DNA of 35,549 nt from an uncultured Lentimicrobiaceae bacterium (GTDB lineage Bacteria; Bacteroidota; Bacteroidia; Bacteroidales; WCHB1-69): the NCBI GenBank assembly GCA_964632815.1, contig CAZWCI010000002.1:1-35549 (forward strand), in the 5' to 3' direction. Each line of letters starts with the position of its first letter. Position 1 is the stretch's first letter. The position numbers and the translations under genes are program-made. Below the pieces are notes generated by a model. It did not search any database, was not told the DNA's origin, and saw nothing but the letters and a program-made list of their open reading frames with translations. Positions 15,385 to 24,428 of the stretch are shown here, in pieces.

Positions 15385-16845
15385 ATGAAGTATATTATCA
15401 CTTTATGGTGTATTCTAATTTCTTTTGCTATTCAAGCACAAAGGGATTTACCTTTGCGTATAGAATTTGAAACTGCCAAAGATGCTTCCGATTACCATTT
15501 TGAGCAGGTCGGCAAGCAAGGTTGTTTTATTTTTTATGAAGGAAAATCCATCAATAAGGATACCACCTCTTGGCTTTTTATGTATTACGATACTAATCTG
15601 ATTAAAAAAAAGAATATATCTCAACCGCTTCCTGCTTCTGCATCTTACGTTACAGGAGATTTCTCTGACAATTTTTTGTTTCTGCTTTTTCAAGAAAAAA
15701 AACAAAAAAAACAACCGAATGCATATCATTTAGTTACGCTTGATCTTCTTTCTGAAACAACAACCTCTACAGAAATTCCAAATCTCACCAATTCTAATAT
15801 CTATAATCTGGTAAATATTGGGAATAATTTTCTTATAAACGCTTATAAAGAGGGACAAGAGTATCTCTATTTTTTTCATCCTTCTACCCAACAATTAACT
15901 GAATTATCGGCTAATAAAGGCATTATTTCATCAGTTGAATTTATTGAAGAAGATACTTTTTCACACATTTTATATTTGGGTTTATCAATTACAGAAGACA
16001 AAAACAGTTCTTTTTTCCTTTATAAAACAGATTATTCCGGAAATATTATAAACATCCAATCATTTCCCGTTATTGAAGATTATATATATCATTCTGCTCG
16101 GATGTCTCTTATTGATAGTAGTTCCGCTTTAATCATCGGGACTTACAATATGATACAGAATAAGTATACTGATAATCTTCATTCCGGTCTATTCACGCTG
16201 CAATTTCAGAAAGGGCAAATGCAGTCGCCCACCTTTTTTAATTTCACTCAATTAAGGACTCGCGACTCGAGTTCCACGGAAGGAAGTAAATCTTTCAATC
16301 TGAATTTACAATTGCTGGTTGGACATTTATCAACCAATCAGCATCAATACACATTAACTACAGAAGTCTATTATCCGGAATATACTCAATCCGGATATAG
16401 TTACTACGATCCATATGGCTATAACATGCCCTCATCTCCTGTATTTTCAGGATATCGCTATGTCAATGCTTATGTAACTACATTTGACAAAGACGGGCAA
16501 TTGCTATGGCACCACTATATTCCATTTGAGAATATGCTCACACCAAGATTAATTACAAGAGTAAACATCTTTTTTGAGAATCAAAATGCCGTTATTTTCT
16601 ATCCGTACAATTCAGATATAACATATACCAGAGTTAATGGAAATCGTGTGCTTGATAAGACAACTTCTATTTTCATAGAAACTTCTCGTAAAAACGATAT
16701 TATTGAATACAGCAAAAAATTGCAAATGGAGAATTGGTACGAGAATAATTTTCTCATACACGGCTATCAATACTTAAAAAATAATTCTAAAAACAATAAG
16801 GGTAAACGATATGTCTTTTTTGTCAATAAATTAAGATATCAATAA
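15385..16845 (+). CDS. Hypothetical secreted protein, about 486 aa
   Basis: It starts at ATG 15385; the ORF-track start at 15382 is a TTG one codon earlier. The signal peptide is MKYIITLWCILISFAIQAQ. The sequence is rich in Tyr, Asn and Ser and looks beta-rich, with no recognisable motif. The start lies 6 nt after the fabG stop. Confidence 0.7.
   Translation: MKYIITLWCILISFAIQAQRDLPLRIEFETAKDASDYHFEQVGKQGCFIFYEGKSINKDTTSWLFMYYDTNLIKKKNISQPLPASASYVTGDFSDNFLFLLFQEKKQKKQPNAYHLVTLDLLSETTTSTEIPNLTNSNIYNLVNIGNNFLINAYKEGQEYLYFFHPSTQQLTELSANKGIISSVEFIEEDTFSHILYLGLSITEDKNSSFFLYKTDYSGNIINIQSFPVIEDYIYHSARMSLIDSSSALIIGTYNMIQNKYTDNLHSGLFTLQFQKGQMQSPTFFNFTQLRTRDSSSTEGSKSFNLNLQLLVGHLSTNQHQYTLTTEVYYPEYTQSGYSYYDPYGYNMPSSPVFSGYRYVNAYVTTFDKDGQLLWHHYIPFENMLTPRLITRVNIFFENQNAVIFYPYNSDITYTRVNGNRVLDKTTSIFIETSRKNDIIEYSKKLQMENWYENNFLIHGYQYLKNNSKNNKGKRYVFFVNKLRYQ
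15695..15711 (+). repeat. Tandem A8-C-A8 homopolymer tracts inside the 486-aa CDS
   Basis: The sequence gAAAAAAAAcAAAAAAAAc encodes EKKQKKQ. These are the longest coding homopolymer pair I noticed in the window. Confidence 0.9.
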
Positions 16846-16847
16846 AA

Positions 16848-17435
16848 TCAAAATTTAATGGCAAGAGTCATCCCTTTATCCCACGATGAAGATAAAGATG
16901 TCATATTGGGAGCTACAAACGGCTTCATGGACATAGATAATTCGTCTGAAATATCGAAATAAAAAAGATGAGCATCTACTGCAGCATCCACAATATTGAG
17001 TAGATATATGATTGCAAGTGCCGCAATACTTATTTCCATATTTCTTCTATAATAATTTTTTAAGGCAAGTACGTTTTCATCCGTATAAATACTATACTTT
17101 GGATTCAAATTGTCAAGTTGCCCATTTATTCTGTATTTATATTCATTTTGATATGATTTTGTTTTAACGGCAAAATCATAAATCAAATAAGATGAAACTC
17201 CTAATCCGGCATAAATGATGGGGACTTTCCACCATTTTTTATTATAAATCTGTCCGCTTCCGGGGATAACGGCTGACAGGGCTATGGCAACTTTTGGATT
17301 ATGTTTTTGTAAAAGTTGTTCTGTGGTTGTGAGCGGTTTCTCCTTCTTAATAGAAGTTGTATCCGTTTGTTGTGCAGAAATATTCCACATAAACAAAAAG
17401 AACAAAAGGAAGAAGCACAGCTGCTGCCATTTCAT
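16848..17435 (-). CDS. DUF5683-like membrane protein (conserved Bacteroidota gene downstream of parB)
   Basis: From ATG 17435 the signal-like N-terminus is MKWQQLCFFLLFFLFMWNISAQ. The motif SAVIPGSGQIYNKKWWKVPIIYAGLG is characteristic of this family as I remember it. The C-terminus ends in LAIKF. The longer start at 17522 would overlap parB and was rejected. Confidence 0.75.
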   Translation of the reverse strand: MKWQQLCFFLLFFLFMWNISAQQTDTTSIKKEKPLTTTEQLLQKHNPKVAIALSAVIPGSGQIYNKKWWKVPIIYAGLGVSSYLIYDFAVKTKSYQNEYKYRINGQLDNLNPKYSIYTDENVLALKNYYRRNMEISIAALAIIYLLNIVDAAVDAHLFYFDISDELSMSMKPFVAPNMTSLSSSWDKGMTLAIKF

Positions 17436-17442
17436 TGGATAT

Positions 17443-18327
17443 TTATTTAAGAATATTGATAATTCTTTCCAACTCTTCTTCTGAAGTGAATGGAATAGAA
17501 ATCTTTCCCTTTCCTGACACATCCTTCACAACAGAAATTTTGGTATTTAATTTTTTTGATAATCCGTTTTTAAATTCAGTTACATGAGCAGATAATGAAA
17601 CTTTCATTTTCTTTTTAACAACACCTTGTTCGGATAAATATTTTTTCACAAGAGCTTCTGTCTGTCTAACGGAGAGTGCATTTTTAAGAATATCCTCTAC
17701 TACTTTATTTTGAAGTTGGGGATCTTCGAGGGTTACCATCGCTCTGGCATGTCCCATCGAAATTTTATTATCACGAACGGCAATTTGAGCTTGGAGAGAT
17801 AATTTCAGCAATCGGAGGTAATTGGCAATTGTACTTCTGTCTTTTCCTACTTTTTGACTAAGTTCTTCTTGGTTTAAGCTGCATTCTTCTATTAATCGCT
17901 GGAATGAAACGGCGATTTCTATAGCATTCAGGTCTTCGCGTTGAATATTTTCAACCAATGCCATTTGAATAGATTGCAAGTCATCGGCAGTTCTAATAAA
18001 GGCGGGAATTTCTGTCAATCCTGCCAATTTGGAAGCACGGAGACGTCGTTCCCCCGAAATCAACTGATATTTTCCATTATCAATAGGGCGTATAGTAACC
18101 GGTTGAATTAATCCATAAGATTTAATAGAAGAAGCCAATTCTTCAATCGCAGTTTGTTCAAAATCACTTCTTGGTTGGTAAGGGTTTGCCTCAATCAAGT
18201 CTATTTTAATAAACCCATTCACATCGGATTTTATTCTTGCAACCGAATTGGGTGAAATAACTGTATATTCGGCATCTCCAAGCAACGCTCCTAAGCCTTT
18301 TCCCAGCTTACTCTTATTTTTTTCCAT
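17443..18327 (-). CDS. parB: Chromosome partitioning protein ParB (Spo0J)
   Basis: It has the ParB-box pattern NPYQPR, LISGERRLRASKLAG and an HTH region (QEELSQKVGKDRSTIANYLRLLKL). It is 294 aa and lies directly after parA. Confidence 0.92.
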   Translation of the reverse strand: MEKNKSKLGKGLGALLGDAEYTVISPNSVARIKSDVNGFIKIDLIEANPYQPRSDFEQTAIEELASSIKSYGLIQPVTIRPIDNGKYQLISGERRLRASKLAGLTEIPAFIRTADDLQSIQMALVENIQREDLNAIEIAVSFQRLIEECSLNQEELSQKVGKDRSTIANYLRLLKLSLQAQIAVRDNKISMGHARAMVTLEDPQLQNKVVEDILKNALSVRQTEALVKKYLSEQGVVKKKMKVSLSAHVTEFKNGLSKKLNTKISVVKDVSGKGKISIPFTSEEELERIINILK

Positions 18328-18342
18328 GGCACAAAGCTTAAA

Positions 18343-19116
18343 TTATAATGTATATCCGTTATTCTGCAAAATTTCTTTTGCCAAATTTAAGTGGTTGGTC
18401 GTTCCCTTCGATTGAATGTCATATAGGACAATAGGTTTTCCGTAACTCGGGGCTTCGCTCAATCTGATATTTCGGCTTATTACGGTATCAAAAACAATAT
18501 TTCTACAATGTTGTCGAACATCTTCCACAACCGCATTCGCTAACTTAAGACGCGAATCATACATTGTCAATAGAATTCCTTCAATAGTTAAATTGGGATT
18601 CATTCCAGATTGAATCAAACGCACGGTATTTAAAAGTTTCCCAAGACCTTCGAGCGCAAAATATTCACATTGAACCGGAATAATAACAGAATCTGAAGCC
18701 ACAAGTGCGTTTAATGTTATCAATCCGAGAGAAGGTGCACAATCAATGAAAATAAACTCATAGTCATCTTTCAGAGGTTGCAGCGCTTTTCTCAATTTAT
18801 ATTCACGTTCTTCAAGAGAAATCATTTCAATTTCAGCTCCCACCAAATCAATTTTGGCTGGCAACAGATCAAGATTTGGCGTATTGGTCGTTAATATAGT
18901 TTTCTTGGCTTCATAATCACCAATCATGCAATCATATATACTATATTGTATTTCATTTTGATCGAAACCGACTCCTGCAGTAGCATTGGCTTGCGGATCG
19001 GCATCTATTAAAAGTGTCTTATGTTCTAAAACAGCCAATGAGGCGGCCAAATTAACAGATGTTGTGGTCTTCCCTACTCCTCCCTTTTGATTAACAACAG
19101 CAATAATTTTTCCCAT
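18343..19116 (-). CDS. parA: Chromosome partitioning ATPase ParA (Soj)
   Basis: It has the deviant Walker A motif NQKGGVGKTTTSVNLA and a full-length ParA/Soj pattern (DADPQANAT, IDCAPSLG). It is 257 aa. Confidence 0.92.
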   Translation of the reverse strand: MGKIIAVVNQKGGVGKTTTSVNLAASLAVLEHKTLLIDADPQANATAGVGFDQNEIQYSIYDCMIGDYEAKKTILTTNTPNLDLLPAKIDLVGAEIEMISLEEREYKLRKALQPLKDDYEFIFIDCAPSLGLITLNALVASDSVIIPVQCEYFALEGLGKLLNTVRLIQSGMNPNLTIEGILLTMYDSRLKLANAVVEDVRQHCRNIVFDTVISRNIRLSEAPSYGKPIVLYDIQSKGTTNHLNLAKEILQNNGYTL

Positions 19117-19442
19117 TATGATTGCAAATCTTCAAAACTCAAATTACTGGCTTCTTTCTGAGATTCTGTATCAAACAAAATATCATCCGGAATTTTACCC
19201 GTTTCTATAAATTCCAACACCCCCGACAACGCATTCTTAAATTTTTCAAAATCTTCTTTATATAAAAATAATTTATGTTTTTCATAGAAGAAGTTTCCAC
19301 TTTCTGCATTGAATTTTCTTTTACTTTCGGTAATAGTTAAGTATTTTTCTTCACTTTTAGTGGTTTTAACATCAAAAAAGTATGTACGTTTTCCAGCTCT
19401 AACCGCTCTTGACAAGACTTCATTTTTTTCTAAATTTTCCAT
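19116..19442 (-). CDS. PUR-alpha-like nucleic-acid-binding protein (DUF3276 family)
   Basis: It is 108 aa. The segment RAGKRTYFFDVKTTKSEEKYLTITESKRKF...FYEKHKLFLYKEDFEKFKNAL matches the bacterial PUR-like repeat family as I remember it. Its stop overlaps the parA start as TAATG on the minus strand (19114-19118). Confidence 0.7.
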   Translation of the reverse strand: MENLEKNEVLSRAVRAGKRTYFFDVKTTKSEEKYLTITESKRKFNAESGNFFYEKHKLFLYKEDFEKFKNALSGVLEFIETGKIPDDILFDTESQKEASNLSFEDLQS

Positions 19443-19485
19443 CTATACAACTTTTATAATATGATTAATATAATTTTTTAATTTG

Positions 19486-19493
19486 CAAAAATA
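19486..19493 (-). promoter_or_regulatory. Candidate -7 box (TATTTTTG on the minus strand) for the DUF3276-parA-parB-DUF5683 unit
   Basis: The plus strand reads CAAAAATA, 44 nt upstream of ATG 19442, in the 149-nt gap after dut. Confidence 0.4.
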
Positions 19494-19591
19494 TAAAAAA
19501 AAACAATAACTATTGATGAATTGAAATAAATAATTTTAGGGAGCAAAATATAGGTAAACATTACAAAATCCAATCCTCCAGAGAGATAAAA

Positions 19592-20026
19592 TTATAATCG
19601 TCCACTACTTCCAAAACCTTTTTCACCACGATCACTCTCCTCGAGTTCTGATACTTCTTGCCACTCAATTCGTTCATACTTCGCCAACACGAATTGGGCA
19701 ATGCGTTCTCCATTTTGGACAATATAGTCTTCATTCGACAGATTTATCAAAATAACTTGAATCTCTCCACGATAATCGGCATCGATAGTTCCTGGTGAAT
19801 TAAGGACTGTAATTCCGTATTTACTGGCTAATCCGCTTCGCGGACGGATTTGTCCTTCGTAGCCATGAGGAATTTCTACAGTAATTCCCGTTGGGATCAA
19901 TACTCTCTGAAGAGGTCGTAATAAAACAGTTTCTTTGAGATTTGCTCTTAAATCCATTCCCGCCGAAAAAAGTGTCGCATAATCCGGTAATGAATGTGCC
20001 GATTTATTTATAACTTTCACAACCAT
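19592..20026 (-). CDS. dut: dUTP diphosphatase
   Basis: It is 144 aa with the trimeric dUTPase motifs [30 protein letters not shown] and a C-terminal [10 protein letters not shown]. Confidence 0.92.
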   Translation of the reverse strand: MVVKVINKSAHSLPDYATLFSAGMDLRANLKETVLLRPLQRVLIPTGITVEIPHGYEGQIRPRSGLASKYGITVLNSPGTIDADYRGEIQVILINLSNEDYIVQNGERIAQFVLAKYERIEWQEVSELEESDRGEKGFGSSGRL

Positions 20027-20033
20027 TTGATTT

Positions 20034-21509
20034 TTATGAATTGGTGAACATTTGTTTCATAATCTTTTTCTCAGTAAAAAACAATACAGATAAATAAATT
20101 AACAATAATGCAGAATTGATAAGAAGATGCATTGACTTTGAAGATGCGGGGATAATGATTGAAATCAAATAAATTCCAACCGCAAAAAGTATGTAATAAA
20201 TCATTCTTCCCGTTTTGTATTCAACTCTATAATGTTTTTGTCCCAAAATATAGGATAATACCATCATCACAAAATAGCAGATAAACGTTGCCCATGCGGA
20301 ACCATAATAACCTATAATCGGAATAAGAATAAAATTAAGAGTTAACGTAATAACTGCCCCGATGAGTGTAATATAAGCTCCATATTTGGTTTGATCGGTG
20401 AGTTTATACCAAATAGACAAATTGTAAAAAATCCCTAAAAAGAGATTGGCCAATAATAAAACGGGAACTACTTTCAATCCGACATGATACTCCGGCCCGA
20501 CAAAATATTTGACAATGTCTATGTACAACATAATTCCAATAAACATGACGGAACAAATCAAAACAAAAAAAGTCATCACTTGCGAATAGGCCTCCTTTGC
20601 ATCTTTATCTTTTGATTTACTAAAAAAGAAAGGCTCCGCAGCATATTTAAACGCCTGTATAAAAATAGTCATCATAATGGAAATCTTGTAGCAAGCACTA
20701 TAAATTCCCACTTGACTTTGAGCGATATCGGGAGGAGATAAATATTTAATAAGGACTCTATCCATAGTCTCATTTACAATGCCGGCCAATCCCAAAACCA
20801 ATAACGGAAGAGCATAGCGCATCATCTTTTTCCACAGAATAAAATCAAAATCCCATTTTATCTTAAAAATTTCGGGAAGGAGCAATAATAATGTAATCAT
20901 TGACGCTGCTACATTTGCTATAAATACATAACCGACTCCGACACTCGGGTCATATATAATGTTCATTATATCAGGAGCAAAACCGATATTATGAAGATAG
21001 GGACACAGCGCCAAATAAAACAAATTAAGCAGAATATTAACCCCAATATTTGCAAATTTTACAATGGCAAATTTTAGCGAACGCATCTGTAAACGAAGTC
21101 GAGCAAATGAAATGGAAGTAAACGCATCCAAACTTACAATCACCCCCATCCAACGAATATATTCGGGATTATCGCCATAATTCATTAACGATGCAATTCC
21201 ATTATCAAAAATCACACAAATCAACAAGAAAAGTAATGAAGTGGAAAAGAGGGAAACAAGGGCCGTAGAATATGACTTTTTATGATACTCTTCGATTTGA
21301 GAAAAACGGAAAAAAGCCGTTTCCATTCCATAAGTCAGGATGACCAACAATAAACTCATCCATGCGTACATTTCTCCAATAATTCCGTATTGGGCTGTCG
21401 CAAAGACGTATGTCTGAAGAGGCACCAACAGATAATTCAGTAATCTGCCTAAAATTGTAGGCATTCCATATATGATTGTTTGTCCTGCTAACTTTTTTAT
21501 TGAAGCCAA
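20034..21509 (-). CDS. Polysaccharide/oligosaccharide flippase (MOP/Wzx family) membrane protein
   Basis: It is 491 aa and polytopic, with about 12-14 hydrophobic segments. The N-terminus [27 protein letters not shown] is typical of Bacteroidota Wzx-like flippases. The start at 21509 is a TTG and there is no in-frame ATG until codon 16. Confidence 0.75.
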   Translation of the reverse strand: MASIKKLAGQTIIYGMPTILGRLLNYLLVPLQTYVFATAQYGIIGEMYAWMSLLLVILTYGMETAFFRFSQIEEYHKKSYSTALVSLFSTSLLFLLICVIFDNGIASLMNYGDNPEYIRWMGVIVSLDAFTSISFARLRLQMRSLKFAIVKFANIGVNILLNLFYLALCPYLHNIGFAPDIMNIIYDPSVGVGYVFIANVAASMITLLLLLPEIFKIKWDFDFILWKKMMRYALPLLVLGLAGIVNETMDRVLIKYLSPPDIAQSQVGIYSACYKISIMMTIFIQAFKYAAEPFFFSKSKDKDAKEAYSQVMTFFVLICSVMFIGIMLYIDIVKYFVGPEYHVGLKVVPVLLLANLFLGIFYNLSIWYKLTDQTKYGAYITLIGAVITLTLNFILIPIIGYYGSAWATFICYFVMMVLSYILGQKHYRVEYKTGRMIYYILFAVGIYLISIIIPASSKSMHLLINSALLLIYLSVLFFTEKKIMKQMFTNS

Positions 21510-21541
21510 TGGTAATTCTTTATTTTATAATTTATAAAATG

Positions 21542-21549
21542 CAAAAGTA
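21542..21549 (-). promoter_or_regulatory. Candidate -7 box (TACTTTTG on the minus strand) for the flippase-dut unit
   Basis: The plus strand reads CAAAAGTA, 33 nt upstream of the TTG start at 21509. Confidence 0.35.
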
Positions 21550-21610
21550 CATCATTATTTTTTAAAAGAAAATGAAAATCAAAAGAAAAACAAAATGAAT
21601 ATCGAAATAA

Positions 21611-22753
21611 TTATTCAGAAAAGAAATTCTGAATCAGACGACACAACAACGCCACGGTAACGGGACCAATTTCATCCGGAAAATCATAGGTGGAGTGATG
21701 TAATGGTGGTTGAGATTCTCCTGCTCCGATGCCAAACATAGCACCGGAATACTTTTGAGTTAAAAAACCGAAATCCTCTCCCCATGTAAAAGGATTTCTC
21801 TTCGTAATATATTGCAAATCTATATCTTGGGTAGCAACAGCTACTTCCGAAACCGCTGAAGGATGATTCCGAACCGAAACAAAATGTTCCAACCAGTGAA
21901 TGTCCATCGTTAGTCCTGATGTTTGACTTTCAATGTGAGAAATGAGTTGTTCTATGGAGTGTTTTATGAGATTCAGTCGTTTTTCGTTATTGGTTCTTAA
22001 AGTCAAGCGAATCACACCGCTTCCTACAGCCACTCCGTATGCTTTTTCGCCAAGATGAACTTCAATCGGTGTAACTAAACAATAATTCTCTTGTTCCAAA
22101 TCCGGTTGGTTAAAGCGGGCAACCGATTCCAAAAGTTGAAAAGCTGCCGAAATGGGAGATATTCCATTTTCGGGCTCTGCCGCATGCGCAGTCTTTCCTT
22201 CAATGGTAATATCACAACTAATCACAGAACAAGTAAAAGACTCTTCCTTACAGATAATACTATTTATAGGAAACCCCGGAATATTGTGAAATCCAAAAAT
22301 TCTGACAATATCATATTGAGCGAGCAAAGGTTGTTGCGATAATTTGTATGCTCCTTGTCCCGACTCTTCTTCTGCTTGAAAAAAAAGGAGGACTCTTCCG
22401 AAAGGAAGATTCATTTCAGATAATTTCCTTGCCGTTTCTAACAAAATGGCAATATGCCCATCGTGACCGCATTTATGGGAAACATCTTCTCTGAAAGAAG
22501 CATAAGGAAGTAAAAGAGTCTCTTTAACCTTTACTGCATCTATATCACCACGAATCAAAATAGTACGCGGATCATCAGAAAAATGCCATTCTGCTAATAG
22601 GCTATAAGAATCATTAAATGTATGAATTTTATAAGGGAAGTATTTTTCAAGCTCTTCACAAATCAAACTTGCGGTCCCCTTCTCTAAACCGGAGGGTTCC
22701 GCAAGCTGATGAAATTTTTTGCGTAATTCTTTAAACCTATTTAGCTCTCTCAC
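21611..22753 (-). CDS. M20-family amidohydrolase / aminoacylase (M20D-like)
   Basis: ELRKKFHQLAEPSGLE resembles the M20D N-terminal motif. The metal-ligand region is HKCGHDGHIAILL...FQAEEE. It is 380 aa. The start is GTG at 22753 and overlaps the upstream stop as GTGA. Confidence 0.75.
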   Translation of the reverse strand: MRELNRFKELRKKFHQLAEPSGLEKGTASLICEELEKYFPYKIHTFNDSYSLLAEWHFSDDPRTILIRGDIDAVKVKETLLLPYASFREDVSHKCGHDGHIAILLETARKLSEMNLPFGRVLLFFQAEEESGQGAYKLSQQPLLAQYDIVRIFGFHNIPGFPINSIICKEESFTCSVISCDITIEGKTAHAAEPENGISPISAAFQLLESVARFNQPDLEQENYCLVTPIEVHLGEKAYGVAVGSGVIRLTLRTNNEKRLNLIKHSIEQLISHIESQTSGLTMDIHWLEHFVSVRNHPSAVSEVAVATQDIDLQYITKRNPFTWGEDFGFLTQKYSGAMFGIGAGESQPPLHHSTYDFPDEIGPVTVALLCRLIQNFFSE

Positions 22754-23295
22754 CTTTTGCGTTTCGTGGGGATCGTACCGCTATTTTCTTTTCTTTCCAA
22801 CCTGGATTTCTGAACCATCTCTTTTCTAAAATTTCTTTCTAGTTGATAGAATCGAACAAGAGTTTCAGGATCTAATATTTGTTTGAGTTCAAGAAATAGT
22901 TCTTGTTCTAGATTAGATAATTCCGTTTTCATACGTGTTTTCTTTTCAAGAAAGACTACCTTTTGATCATTCGATAAATCTTTATATTGTACTCTTGCTT
23001 GGCCATTAGGAGACATATGTTCTTTTTTAAACTTATGAAATTCATCATGTATATCTTGCTCTTTTTGTTCATATTTATCATACACTGCCCAGAATTTCGT
23101 TGATTGAACTGCATCAAGTTGAAGACTATCCTGAATGTATTGTCTTTTCAAAACACTGACATTACGACAATTAGACTCATCCTGATCTATATTCTGTTCC
23201 ATATTTCCTTGGACTTGTGGTGATTGCTTGGGCTGAGCTTCAGCCTGAAACGCAACTGCCAATATGATGATGGCACTTAGAATAAATTTTTTCAT
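22750..23295 (-). CDS. Periplasmic Spy/CpxP-like helical protein (commonly found after ECF sigma/anti-sigma pairs)
   Basis: The signal peptide is MKKFILSAIIILAVAFQAEAQ. The mature part is charged, helical and Gln/Glu/Lys-rich with a basic tail. Assignment to the Spy/CpxP-like class rests on composition and context only. Confidence 0.5.
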   Translation of the reverse strand: MKKFILSAIIILAVAFQAEAQPKQSPQVQGNMEQNIDQDESNCRNVSVLKRQYIQDSLQLDAVQSTKFWAVYDKYEQKEQDIHDEFHKFKKEHMSPNGQARVQYKDLSNDQKVVFLEKKTRMKTELSNLEQELFLELKQILDPETLVRFYQLERNFRKEMVQKSRLERKENSGTIPTKRKR

Positions 23296-23301
23296 AACTT
23301 T

Positions 23302-23781
23302 TTATTTTAATTCATTATATTCACTACTAACAATATCTTCAGAATAATATTCTATAATTTGCATATCAAGATTACAGAAATCGGGTTCTTCGGTTGAAGG
23401 TTTAACCATTTTTTTGGTGGGAGCGGACTTAGATGCGGAGCCCCGTTCTTGCTTCACCGAAGAAGATTCCTCTTCAACCATATCAGGAAAAGAGACATCA
23501 TCAGATTTAGCCAATTCTACTGTAGAAGAAAGAGAGTCTGCTTCAATCTTTTTTTCTTCCAAAGAAATATTATCATCATTATTCGGATTAGTCAAGAAAA
23601 ATGCTACTCCCAAAAGCACAATCATCACAGCAGCAACAGATGAAGATATCATCCACAATCTTTTTCTAAGCACATATTTTTTCTCTTGATGAATGGCATT
23701 AAGCACCTTATTAGGGAGTTCATCAAAATAATGCTCAGGAACTTCAAAAAACTCTTTTTTGGGATACTGATCTAAATTCAC
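23302..23781 (-). CDS. Putative anti-sigma factor (single-pass membrane protein)
   Basis: It is 159 aa with a short cytoplasmic N-terminus, one TM segment (LWMISSSVAAVMIVLLGVAFFL) and a Ser/Glu-rich external part. It lies directly after an ECF sigma gene. The start is GTG at 23781. Confidence 0.55.
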   Translation of the reverse strand: MNLDQYPKKEFFEVPEHYFDELPNKVLNAIHQEKKYVLRKRLWMISSSVAAVMIVLLGVAFFLTNPNNDDNISLEEKKIEADSLSSTVELAKSDDVSFPDMVEEESSSVKQERGSASKSAPTKKMVKPSTEEPDFCNLDMQIIEYYSEDIVSSEYNELK

Positions 23782-23838
23782 TGCTATTTTTATTTAATAA
23801 ACATCCTTTTGACTAAAATAAAAAAAAGAAGTTTAATA

Positions 23839-24396
23839 TCAAAGTTCGGAATTTTTTGAGAGAAAAGATTCCACTTTTTGAACCGCGAAATGATATGAAG
23901 CTTTGAGTGCTCCCACAGAAGTCTTGAGTATTTGAGCCATTTCTTCGTATGGAGTTTCATCATAATAGCGCATAGAAAAGACTATCCGTTGTTTTTCCGG
24001 CAACTGAAGAATGGCTTCTTGTATTAAATGTTGAATTTTATCTGGAGAAAAGTATTGTTCTTCTTTTACTGTTTTCAACATATAAGAAGTGTAGGAATCA
24101 TCGTAAAGATTAAGAAGTTTTTTCTTTTTTTCTATAAAAGAGAGAGATTCGTTGACACAAATTCTCACAAGCCATGTTTTTAAGGATGAATCTCCGCGAA
24201 ATCCATCTAAATGTCTCCATATTTTAATAAAGACATTTTGAGTCACATCATTGGCATCATCGTGAAGATATACGATTCTTCTGACAGCATAATAAATATC
24301 GCGTTGATATTTATCTATCAACAACTTAAAAGCTTTCTCTTTTGTTTTTTCTTCTTTAAAAAGGGAAAGTATCTTCTCGTCGGATTCTACTATCAT
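23839..24396 (-). CDS. ECF-type RNA polymerase sigma-70 factor
   Basis: Region 2 is DDANDVTQNVFIKIWRHLDGFRGDSSLKTWLVRICVNESL. Region 4 is LPEKQRIVFSMRYYDETPYEEMAQILKTSVGALKASYHFAVQKV. It is 185 aa. Confidence 0.9.
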   Translation of the reverse strand: MIVESDEKILSLFKEEKTKEKAFKLLIDKYQRDIYYAVRRIVYLHDDANDVTQNVFIKIWRHLDGFRGDSSLKTWLVRICVNESLSFIEKKKKLLNLYDDSYTSYMLKTVKEEQYFSPDKIQHLIQEAILQLPEKQRIVFSMRYYDETPYEEMAQILKTSVGALKASYHFAVQKVESFLSKNSEL

Positions 24397-24428
24397 AAAA
24401 TAATAAGTAACAAGAGCTCAATCTCAAA

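Noticed and set aside
17436-17522. The N-terminal extension of the DUF5683 ORF (MCQERERFLF...).
   Set aside because: It would overlap the parB 3' end by 80 nt. The internal ATG at 17435 gives a normal signal-peptide-like N-terminus right after the parB stop.
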